This document shows positions 47,146 to 55,450 of a stretch of DNA of 64,000 bases, one piece after another (position 1 is the first letter of the stretch; every line of letters starts with the position of its first letter). This DNA comes from Trueperaceae bacterium (GTDB lineage Bacteria > Deinococcota > Deinococci > Deinococcales > Trueperaceae), in NCBI GenBank assembly GCA_965215565.1, contig CBDCDZ010000004.1:704001-768000 (forward strand), read 5' to 3'. The notes beneath the pieces were generated by a model, which saw nothing but the letters and a program-made list of their open reading frames with translations, did no database searches and was not told the DNA's origin. Made by a program: the position numbers and the translations under genes.

Positions 47146-49710
47146 GTGTCTGAATCAACGAGCCAGACTCCGCTTATCCAAGGACCCGCGCCCAAAAAAG
47201 CCAACGGTCACAAAATCGTCATTATCGACGGTCACGCCTTGGCCTTTCGCTCCTATTACGCGATTCGCGATCTTTCCAACAGCAAGGGCGAGGCAACGAA
47301 CGCGGTTTTCGGCTTTTTGCGCTCGCTTTTGCGCATCTTGCAAGAGGAGGGCGAATTCGACGCGACGGTGGTCACCTTCGACGCGCCCGCCAAGACCTTT
47401 CGCCACGAGCAGTACGAGGACTACAAGGCGGGGCGCAAAGAGACGCCCGAGGATTTGCCAGGGCAGATCAGGACGATCAAGAAGCTGGTGGAGCTTTTAG
47501 GGCTCCATCAGATCGAGCAGGCGGGCTTAGAGGCGGACGACCTCATCGGCACGATCGCCAAGCGCTGCGAGGCGAGAGGGTACAGCGTCGAGATCGTCAC
47601 GAGCGACCGCGACGCCTATCAGCTCGTCACCGATAGGGTATGCGTGCGTGGGCTCACCAAAGCGGAGCGCTTCGGACCCGAAGAGGTCTATGAAAAGTTC
47701 GGCGTGCGCGTGGACCAGTGGATCGACTACCGGGCGCTCACGGGCGACTCATCGGATAATATTCCCGGCGCGAAGGGCATCGGACCCAAAACGGCGTCGA
47801 AGCTGTTGCAGAGTTACGACACGCTCGACTATATGCTGGCGCATGTCGATGAACTGAAACCGGACGCCGCTGCTAAAAAGGTCAAGGCGAGCCTAGAGGA
47901 CGTCAAGTTCTCTAAGATGCTCTCTAAAATTGTCATAGACGCCGACATCGACATCGATCCGGAAGGCTGGGCGAAGCGCGAGATGGCGCGTGAAGAACTC
48001 CGTGAGATGTTGGAGGGGCTCGAGTTCGGCTCCATCATTAACGAGCTTGGCTTGGGCGGCGCGGCGCAGTCGGCTACGAGCAGCGCGTACCAGAAAATCT
48101 CTTCGGCGGACATCTTTTTCGGCGGGAGTTTCGGTTACGTATTGTCCGACGTGAATCCGATGAACGCGGAGCTTACCGAACTCTCCGTGGCGTCAGCGGG
48201 AACGGTGGCGAACATCGCTGAGAAGTGGCGGGGCGATATCTTGCGTACCGAGGGCGAGTTAAACGCTTGCGACGCCAAAGCCCTAACGGTCTACGCAAAG
48301 CGCGAAGGCTTGGACTGCAAGCCCGGCGATGACCCCTTGCTGATGGCGTACGTCTTGGACCCCAACGTGACCGAGCCCGAGACGGTAGCGCGGCGCTACG
48401 GCGCGGGCGAGTGGGGCGCGGACAGCACCTCCAGAGCGACGGTTACTGCCGAACTTTTGAGCGTCTTGCCGGAGAAGCTGACGGGCAAACTGAGGGACCT
48501 CTACGAAAAGATCGAAAAACCGCTCGCCGACGTTTTAGCCGAGATGGAATACACGGGCGTACGGCTCGACGTGCCCTTCTTAAGGGCGCAATCCGAAGCG
48601 ATGAACGAGACCTTGGCGCGGCTCGAGGGTGAGGTCCGCGACGTCGCTCAAAATTCTGAACTAAACCTCAACTCACGTGACCAGTTAGCGGAACTTCTGT
48701 ACGAGAAGCTCGAGTTGCAGCCCGGCAAAAAGACCTCCACGGGCAAACGCTCGACGGCGGTGAGCGCCCTAGAACCGCTTCGCGACGCGCACCCCGTCGT
48801 GGGTCTCATCCTAGAATACCGCGAGCTGTCGAAGCTCAAGAGTACGTACTTGGACCCGCTGCCGCGCCTCGTCAACGAACGTACCGGGCGAGTTCACACG
48901 ACGTTTAACCAGACCGTCACGGCGACGGGGCGCTTATCCAGCGCCAACCCAAACCTGCAAAACATCCCCGTGCGCACGGAAATCGGGCGGCAGATTCGGC
49001 GTGGCTTCGTGGCGGGCGAGGGCATGAAACTTCTCGTTGCCGATTACTCGCAAATAGAGCTGCGTATCTTGGCGCACATCACGGGCGAGGAGGCGCTCAT
49101 TGAGACCTTTAGGCAGGGCGAGGACATCCACCGCCGCACCGCCGCGCAAATTCACGACGTTGCACTCGGAGAGGTCCAACCCGACATGCGCCGCGTGGCG
49201 AAGATCATCAACTTCGGCGTCCTGTACGGCATGTCGGCGCACCGGCTTACAAACGAGTTGAGTATCAGCTACAAAGAGGCGGACGCTTTTATCACCACCT
49301 ATTTCGAGCGCTACCCCAAGGTGCAAGGGTATATCGACGATACGCTCGCCTTCGCCCGCAAAGAGGGCTACGTCGAGACGCTTCTGGGGCGGCGGCGCAT
49401 GATTCCTGACATCAACACGAAAAACCGCAACCTGCGCGAGTACGCCGAGCGCACCGCCTACAACATGCCGATCCAGGGAACGCAAGCCGACATCGTGAAG
49501 CTAGCGATGCTGGAGCTTGCGCCCAAACTGAGAGAGAGGGGCGCAAAGCTCCTTTTACAAGTCCACGACGAGTTAGTCATCGAAGCGCCCGAAGATAAGG
49601 TACAAGAGGTCTCGCAGGAGGTTCAAAGAACGATGGAGGGCGCTTATGAGATGAGCGTGCCGCTCGTCGCGGAGGTCGGGGTGGGTGAGAACTGGCTCGA
49701 GGCTAAATAG
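47146..49710 (+). CDS. polA: DNA polymerase I (Taq/Deinococcus type)
   Basis: 5'-3' exonuclease IDGH.LAFRS, EADD, GD.SDNIPG; polymerase TATGRLSS.NPNLQNIP, DYSQIELR, R..AK..NFG..YG and QVHDEL. ORF open from 47116. Confidence 0.97.
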   Translation: MSESTSQTPLIQGPAPKKANGHKIVIIDGHALAFRSYYAIRDLSNSKGEATNAVFGFLRSLLRILQEEGEFDATVVTFDAPAKTFRHEQYEDYKAGRKETPEDLPGQIRTIKKLVELLGLHQIEQAGLEADDLIGTIAKRCEARGYSVEIVTSDRDAYQLVTDRVCVRGLTKAERFGPEEVYEKFGVRVDQWIDYRALTGDSSDNIPGAKGIGPKTASKLLQSYDTLDYMLAHVDELKPDAAAKKVKASLEDVKFSKMLSKIVIDADIDIDPEGWAKREMAREELREMLEGLEFGSIINELGLGGAAQSATSSAYQKISSADIFFGGSFGYVLSDVNPMNAELTELSVASAGTVANIAEKWRGDILRTEGELNACDAKALTVYAKREGLDCKPGDDPLLMAYVLDPNVTEPETVARRYGAGEWGADSTSRATVTAELLSVLPEKLTGKLRDLYEKIEKPLADVLAEMEYTGVRLDVPFLRAQSEAMNETLARLEGEVRDVAQNSELNLNSRDQLAELLYEKLELQPGKKTSTGKRSTAVSALEPLRDAHPVVGLILEYRELSKLKSTYLDPLPRLVNERTGRVHTTFNQTVTATGRLSSANPNLQNIPVRTEIGRQIRRGFVAGEGMKLLVADYSQIELRILAHITGEEALIETFRQGEDIHRRTAAQIHDVALGEVQPDMRRVAKIINFGVLYGMSAHRLTNELSISYKEADAFITTYFERYPKVQGYIDDTLAFARKEGYVETLLGRRRMIPDINTKNRNLREYAERTAYNMPIQGTQADIVKLAMLELAPKLRERGAKLLLQVHDELVIEAPEDKVQEVSQEVQRTMEGAYEMSVPLVAEVGVGENWLEAK

Positions 49711-49719
49711 CCTCGAGCC
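49694..49719. terminator. Hairpin GGCTCGAGGCTA-AA-TAGCCTCGAGCC overlapping the polA stop, between convergent genes
   Basis: Perfect 12-bp inverted repeat. Confidence 0.55.
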
Positions 49720-49741
49720 TTGTATGACGCTTTTACACTAA

Positions 49742-52700
49742 TCAGTCTACGCGGACTAGCTCAAACTTGTCTAGCCGCGTCCCGTCTTCGCGCAGATAAA
49801 CCGTAAGCGTGTGCTCGCCCGCCTCTAAGTCGAAGGTGAAGGGCGACTTGTTGCGCCGCGAGGCGTCTTGCGGCTCGAAGCGGCTGTTGCGCGGCGTGTC
49901 CCAGCGGTCACTTCTGATGTCATCATCTATACCGAGATAGAACGAGTCGCTGCTCCTTGCGCCCTGCACCCAACCTCTCACCTTGTAGCGACCTGGCTCG
50001 TCCACGTTCACGCAGTAGTCGGCGCGGTTAGCAGAGTTCAGGCTCTTTTGATGTCCGACACCGTCCGGGGTGTCGATGTAACGTCCACCGCTCGCCGAAG
50101 TACTGTTTACAGTGCGGAACGCGCCGAAAAGCTCGCCGTCTTCCGCCTCTTGCGCCAATGCACCGCACGTGTCGGATGGCGTGCCTAATGTGTCCACGCG
50201 GACTAGCTCGAGCTTGTCCAAGCGCGTCCCGTCCTCGCGCATGTAGATCGACACGGTGTGCTCACCCGCATCTAAGTCAAAGGTGAAGGGCGGCTTGTTA
50301 CGGCGTCCGACGTCCTGCGGCTCGAAGTGGGTGTTGCGCGGCGTGTCCCAACGTTCGTTCTCGACATCGCCGTCTACTGCCAGATAGAACGAGTCGCTCT
50401 TTCTCGCGCCCTGAACCCAGCCCGTCAGCTTGTAGCGCCCCGCTTCGGCGACGGTCATACAGTAGTCCGCGCGGTGCGCGTCGTTCGCGCCACTCTGCTC
50501 GCCAAAGCCGTCCGGCGTGTCGATATAGCGCCCGCCGCTCGCTGAGGTGCTGTCTACAGTGCGAAACGCGCCGAAAAGTTCACCGCCTTCCGCCTCTTGC
50601 GCGAGTCCGCCGCACACAGGTTGAGGCGACTCATACGTCGCGGTGAGCGTCTGCGGCGTCTCTTGAACGGTGATGTCATGGATGCGCTCACCGCCGTCGG
50701 ACCAGCGCACGAAGTCCAGTCCCTCTTGCTCCGCCAAGGCGCTCAGTTGCTGGCGCGCGTTCACATTCGTCGTGACCGTAAAAGGCGTGGTGCGCTCCAC
50801 CCCTTCCCAATTTAGGGATAAACCGCTCGGCTCGGTCTCGAGCGTGTACGCCACTGTATTCAAGGTGAGCGTGACGCAGCTAGGGTCACTCTTATTGCCA
50901 TTTTGCATAACTTCTAAGCAAAGCTCCAGAGAGGTGTTGTCGCCGTGGTCGGGTACGCTGAACGCGCCGTCTACACCCATCGTCGGGGGCAGTTGGTTGA
51001 AGTGCTGGTGCTCGTCATGGTTGAGCTTTAGAGACCAAGAGAAGTCCTCGGCGTCCGTGAGCGTTTCGCCCTGGTCCGAAGCGAGGAAAGGCACCTGGTC
51101 GCCGACGGTGAACATAGCGCCGTCCTCGGGCGAGAGGATGACTGCGACGGGCTGCGTCGTGCCCGCTTCAATGAGAACGGTATCTGTGTTGCTCGCCCCC
51201 GCCGTGTCGGTCACGGTCAAGCGTGCGCGGTAGAGGCTCACCTCTTCGTAGGTGTGCACCGGGTTCGCCTTGGACGAGGTGGTGCCGTCACCGAAGTCCC
51301 AGGCGTAGCTGAGGATATCGCCGTCGTCATCCGCACTGCTATCCCCCGTGAAGCTCACCGTCAAGGGGACGGAGCCCGACGCATTTGTCGCCTCCGCTTG
51401 CGCCCTGGGCGGCGTGTTGCCCGCCGCCGTGTAGCGTAGCCGCTTGAGCTTGCCCTCTCGGATGTTCATGAGGTAGAGGTTGCCCCCCGGCTCAGCGACC
51501 ATCTGCACCACGCCGTGTTCGCTGCCGAAGTCGTTCACGTCCGCCACGCTGCCGTCGGCGTTAAAGGTGAGCGTGCGAATCCACCGCTGGTTGTAGTCGG
51601 TGATGAATAGAGCACCCTGATACTCGTCCGGGTAGCGCGTCCCCGTGTAGAAGTCACCGACTTGAACCGAGGCGCTCGTTCCGCTGCGCGTGTAGCTGTA
51701 GAGTGGCGGCGTAGCCTCTTCGTTCTCGTAGAAGTCCTGACAGAAGCTCAGCGATCTGAAGCCGCCCTGCTGCAAATTCTCGCCGCCGCCGCCCTCATAG
51801 CAGGGCCAGCCGAAGTTCGCGCCCCTGCCCGTGTTGACCTCTTCCCAGGTGCCCCGCCCCACGTCACCGATGAAGGGCTCGCCCGTCGTGGGATGGACCG
51901 CGAAGCGGAAGGGGTTGCGCAAGCCTAAACTGTAGACCTTCGAGCGGTTGCTGTTCGGGTCGCCGTCGTAGAAGGGATTGTCCGCGTAGCCCTCGCCCGT
52001 CAGCGGGTGAACGCGCATGATCTTACCCGCGAGGCTGTCCAGATTGAGTGCCCGCGTCGTGTAGGGCTCGGACTTCGTATAGTTCGCGCCGTCGCCGCTG
52101 CCAACCATCAGCGAGCCGTCAGGCGCGAAGCGCACCGTGCCGATGGTGTGCGACTGCTCGTCGGCGGGCAGACAGTCGCGGACGTATACGCCACCCTCTT
52201 CACACGAGGGCGGGCCGTTGCGCTGCTCGGGGTCGCCGATATTAGCGAAGGTGCTGTTCGTCCCTAAGAGGACTTTTTCGCTACCCGGCACTGCGACGTT
52301 GTAGCCTTTCGCCTCGTCCGCCGTGACGCGAATCAGGCGCGACACCCGCGCGCCGTTGCCGTCGGGTCCGCCTACATCGCTGTCTGAAAGTTCGGGCGGG
52401 TCGTAGGTAAAGAGCAGGTAGACGTAAGGCTGCGCTGGAAAGTCGGGGTGCACCGCGAGCCCCAACATCCCTCTGTCGTGGCGGCTGTTGACTCTGTCCG
52501 AGAGGTCGATAAAGGGAGCGCCCATGAGCTTCCCGTCCTCGAACACGCGCACCACGCCGCCCTTCTCACCGATGAAGATGCGCCCGTCGGAAGCGAAATC
52601 AAAGACGACGCCCTGGTTGAGCCCTGTGACGACATCCTCCAGAACGAAGCCGCTCGGTACGGTTTGCGTGGTGAGGCGGGCGTTTTGGTCTGCGCTAATC

Positions 52701-53302
52701 GCCCGCACCCGTACTGTGACGTTGCCACCAACCGCATCACTTCTAAGCTGGAGGTTGTCGAGCGTCACTCTATAGACGTCGTCGCGGGGACCTTCCAAGC
52801 TCTCGTCTGGGCGCTCTGTGTCCGAGTCACTGTCCAGGTAGAAATGCTCCGCGCCGTCAGCGAGGGTGATGAGGACCTCGAGCATCTCCGACTCGCCCTC
52901 CGCTTGCTTGGGCACGTCGATATGAAACTGTTTGCGCTCCGCGAAGGTGCCGCTCGGGTCCACCGCACCGTAAACCGCACCGTACGGTAGCGTGAGCGTC
53001 ACGCTCGGTCCGGCGGCGCTCACCGAGCGAGTATAGGCAGCGTCGGCATCGGCGGGTGCGGGTTGCGGCGTGGTGCTCGAGGCGAGGGTGACTTGCGCCT
53101 CTCGGGAGAAGAAGCCAGCGTCAAACGTAGCGCGAGCGCCGCCCTCCAAGCGAACACTGCCAGCGTCCACGCCAACCGTAGCGGAAGCCGTTTCGTTCGG
53201 GTCGACTCCCTGCTGACAAGCGAAGAGCAAAAAGACGAGTCCTACGCTGCTGATGAGCACGCTTAAATGTCGTATGCCTAGGTTGCGCCGTTTCTCCATC
53301 AT
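49742..53302 (-). CDS. Lipoprotein: glucose/sorbosone (PQQ-type) dehydrogenase beta-propeller + PKD + two CBM6/35-like repeats
   Basis: Lipobox LFAC; DRGMLGLA.HP.F, GLRNPFR, NFGWPCYEG; PKD WDFGDG; two C-terminal repeats starting QEAE.GELFGAFR. Confidence 0.88.
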   Translation of the reverse strand: MMEKRRNLGIRHLSVLISSVGLVFLLFACQQGVDPNETASATVGVDAGSVRLEGGARATFDAGFFSREAQVTLASSTTPQPAPADADAAYTRSVSAAGPSVTLTLPYGAVYGAVDPSGTFAERKQFHIDVPKQAEGESEMLEVLITLADGAEHFYLDSDSDTERPDESLEGPRDDVYRVTLDNLQLRSDAVGGNVTVRVRAISADQNARLTTQTVPSGFVLEDVVTGLNQGVVFDFASDGRIFIGEKGGVVRVFEDGKLMGAPFIDLSDRVNSRHDRGMLGLAVHPDFPAQPYVYLLFTYDPPELSDSDVGGPDGNGARVSRLIRVTADEAKGYNVAVPGSEKVLLGTNSTFANIGDPEQRNGPPSCEEGGVYVRDCLPADEQSHTIGTVRFAPDGSLMVGSGDGANYTKSEPYTTRALNLDSLAGKIMRVHPLTGEGYADNPFYDGDPNSNRSKVYSLGLRNPFRFAVHPTTGEPFIGDVGRGTWEEVNTGRGANFGWPCYEGGGGENLQQGGFRSLSFCQDFYENEEATPPLYSYTRSGTSASVQVGDFYTGTRYPDEYQGALFITDYNQRWIRTLTFNADGSVADVNDFGSEHGVVQMVAEPGGNLYLMNIREGKLKRLRYTAAGNTPPRAQAEATNASGSVPLTVSFTGDSSADDDGDILSYAWDFGDGTTSSKANPVHTYEEVSLYRARLTVTDTAGASNTDTVLIEAGTTQPVAVILSPEDGAMFTVGDQVPFLASDQGETLTDAEDFSWSLKLNHDEHQHFNQLPPTMGVDGAFSVPDHGDNTSLELCLEVMQNGNKSDPSCVTLTLNTVAYTLETEPSGLSLNWEGVERTTPFTVTTNVNARQQLSALAEQEGLDFVRWSDGGERIHDITVQETPQTLTATYESPQPVCGGLAQEAEGGELFGAFRTVDSTSASGGRYIDTPDGFGEQSGANDAHRADYCMTVAEAGRYKLTGWVQGARKSDSFYLAVDGDVENERWDTPRNTHFEPQDVGRRNKPPFTFDLDAGEHTVSIYMREDGTRLDKLELVRVDTLGTPSDTCGALAQEAEDGELFGAFRTVNSTSASGGRYIDTPDGVGHQKSLNSANRADYCVNVDEPGRYKVRGWVQGARSSDSFYLGIDDDIRSDRWDTPRNSRFEPQDASRRNKSPFTFDLEAGEHTLTVYLREDGTRLDKFELVRVD
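49745..50615 (-). repeat. Intragenic tandem duplication of about 140 codons (CBM-like modules)
   Basis: Near-identical segments AQEAE.GELFGAFRTV.STSASGGRYIDTPDG...YMREDGTRLDK.ELVRVD occur twice. Confidence 0.85.
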
Positions 53303-53938
53303 AGTGTTTCCCCCAAAAAGCATTTGACTCGTCGTGACGGCGTATATACGCAAATGAAGAGCCTCTAAGGTGTTAACTTCTTCACACCACGTTAAGTTTT
53401 TCACACTATGGGAGCACATACAACACACGAGATATTCATCAATTCTTAATTAAGCATTTTTGTAGTAGACCTCTGCGAAGGTGAGAATCGGGCTTTCTCC
53501 CCGGTTCTCGCTTTCGCCGAGTAGTTCATGCAGTCTGACGGGTCCGAACAAAGTGAGAACACTATCGGCTTACGAGTATGAGCAGTGCACGAAGTGAAGT
53601 CGCGTAGTCCCGCTAGGCAAAGCAACGCCATCACTGGATGAAGGGATACTTTTGCAAGCCTAGTGCTTACTTAAAGCGCATCTCTCGAAGCCGGTACATA
53701 CTGTGCGGCGCAACGATACTTTATGGATAAGTAGCAGGCGAGAATGCCTGCAAGAGGTTCGGTGGCTCTAACCCGCCTTACATCTCTATAGGTCATAATT
53801 TTCATCATTCTATGAGTATCTACCGCGGCTTGCTTGACGTCATTCACCACCCTATAAAGGGTGTGATACACACGTATCTCTTCCCTTTGCGTACTATCGC
53901 ACGTCCTCTGTGGGCTTTCTCACGCTAGAATGATGCCG

Positions 53939-55267
53939 ATGACGACACGACACTACTTTGGAACCGACGGCATTCGTGGGGTTGCGGGCGACACGCCCTT
54001 GACCGCCGAATTCGCCTTTAAGGTGGGCGTAGCTGCGGCTGAAGCCCTCCGAGATGCGGGCAAGCACGCACCCACCGTCCTTATCGGCTCGGACACCAGG
54101 CGCTCCGGTCCGATGCTCGCGAACGCGCTGAGCGCGGGGCTCGCTTCACGCGGCGCGGAGGCGGTGGGCTTAGGCGTGATGCCGACGCCGGGCGTCTCCT
54201 ACCTCGCCCGCCGCTTAGAGGCGGACGCGGGCATCGTGGTGAGCGCCTCACACAATCCCTTCGCCGACAACGGCATCAAGTTTTTCGACGCCAAAGGTGA
54301 AAAGCTCTCGGACGCGCTCGAGGCGGAGATCGAGCGCTACTTGGAGGTGGATGACTTAGCGCCGGTTACAGGCGAACAGGTGGGCACGATCCGGCGGCAC
54401 AACCGCCTGGAGTCGAGCGACTACTTCGACTTTTTGGTTGCGAACGGTCCTGACCTTAGCGGGCTCAAGATCGGTTTGGATTGCGCCAACGGCGCGAGCT
54501 ACGCCCTCGCGCCCGAGGTCTTCCGGGCATTGGGGGCCGACGTAAAAACGATCTGCGCCGAGCCCGACGGCGTCAACATCAACACGAACTGCGGCTCGAC
54601 GCACCCGGACGTTATCAAGCAGCACGTGCGTGACAATAAGCTCGACTTAGGGGCAACGTTCGACGGAGACGCCGACAGGGTGTTGCTCGTGGACCGGCGC
54701 GGGCGGCTAGTCTCAGGCGATCACATGCTCGCTATCTGCGCACTTTACCGAGGCGAGCGGGCAGTCGTCTCAACCATCATGGGCAACTTAGGCTTAGAAC
54801 ACTTCTTAGGTGAGCACGGCGTCACCTTGCTTCGCAGCGCCGTCGGCGACCGCTACGTCCACGAGCTGCTTAACCGAGAAAACCTCACCCTGGGCGGCGA
54901 ACAGTCAGGGCACCTTCTCTTCTTAGACAAAGCGCCTACGGGTGATGGGATTTTCAGCGCGCTGCGCACGCTCGCGGCGGTGCAGACGCTCGGTAAGCCG
55001 TTGGACGCTTGGGTAGACGAGATTCCTATGTACCCGCAGACGCTCCTCAACGTGCGCGTCGCACCCGCGCTGAAAGCGAGCGTCGCCGAGCACGAGAGGG
55101 TCAAGCGCGCGGTCGAGGCGGCGGCTCTAAAGCTCGAGGGTCAAGGGCGCATCAACCTGCGTCCGAGCGGCACGGAGCCTTTGGTGCGCGTCATGGTGGA
55201 GGGGCAGGACCAGGCGCTTATAGAAGCTGTAGCGCAAGACGTCGCTTCGGTGGTCGAGACGATCTAG
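53939..55267 (+). CDS. glmM: Phosphoglucosamine mutase
   Basis: YFGTDGIRG, SASHNP..DNGIK, DGDADR, GGEQSGH and R.SGTEPLVRVMVE. Start follows TAGAAT-N7. Confidence 0.96.
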   Translation: MTTRHYFGTDGIRGVAGDTPLTAEFAFKVGVAAAEALRDAGKHAPTVLIGSDTRRSGPMLANALSAGLASRGAEAVGLGVMPTPGVSYLARRLEADAGIVVSASHNPFADNGIKFFDAKGEKLSDALEAEIERYLEVDDLAPVTGEQVGTIRRHNRLESSDYFDFLVANGPDLSGLKIGLDCANGASYALAPEVFRALGADVKTICAEPDGVNINTNCGSTHPDVIKQHVRDNKLDLGATFDGDADRVLLVDRRGRLVSGDHMLAICALYRGERAVVSTIMGNLGLEHFLGEHGVTLLRSAVGDRYVHELLNRENLTLGGEQSGHLLFLDKAPTGDGIFSALRTLAAVQTLGKPLDAWVDEIPMYPQTLLNVRVAPALKASVAEHERVKRAVEAAALKLEGQGRINLRPSGTEPLVRVMVEGQDQALIEAVAQDVASVVETI

Positions 55268-55311
55268 TCATCCCTTTTGGATGTACTTTCGACTGCGTAG
55301 AGGAGAACAAG

Positions 55312-55348
55312 GAAAGAGGTCGCGTGCTACTAGCACGCGACCTCTTTC
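55312..55348. terminator. Bidirectional terminator between glmM and glgP
   Basis: GAAAGAGGTCGCGTGCTA-C-TAGCACGCGACCTCTTTC, an 18-bp inverted repeat followed by a T-rich tract. Confidence 0.8.
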
Positions 55349-55450
55349 TCTTATTTTTGCTGCCGCGTTGTCCAAAAGCGAAAGGGCGTGCGGTTCACTC
55401 TAAATGTCCATACGCTCCTCGCGCCTCGAGCTAGCGCGGACGGGCTCCAA

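Noticed and set aside
47146..49710. Degenerate 3'-5' exonuclease domain in polA
   Set aside because: Expected for Taq/Deinococcus-type Pol I, so not novel.
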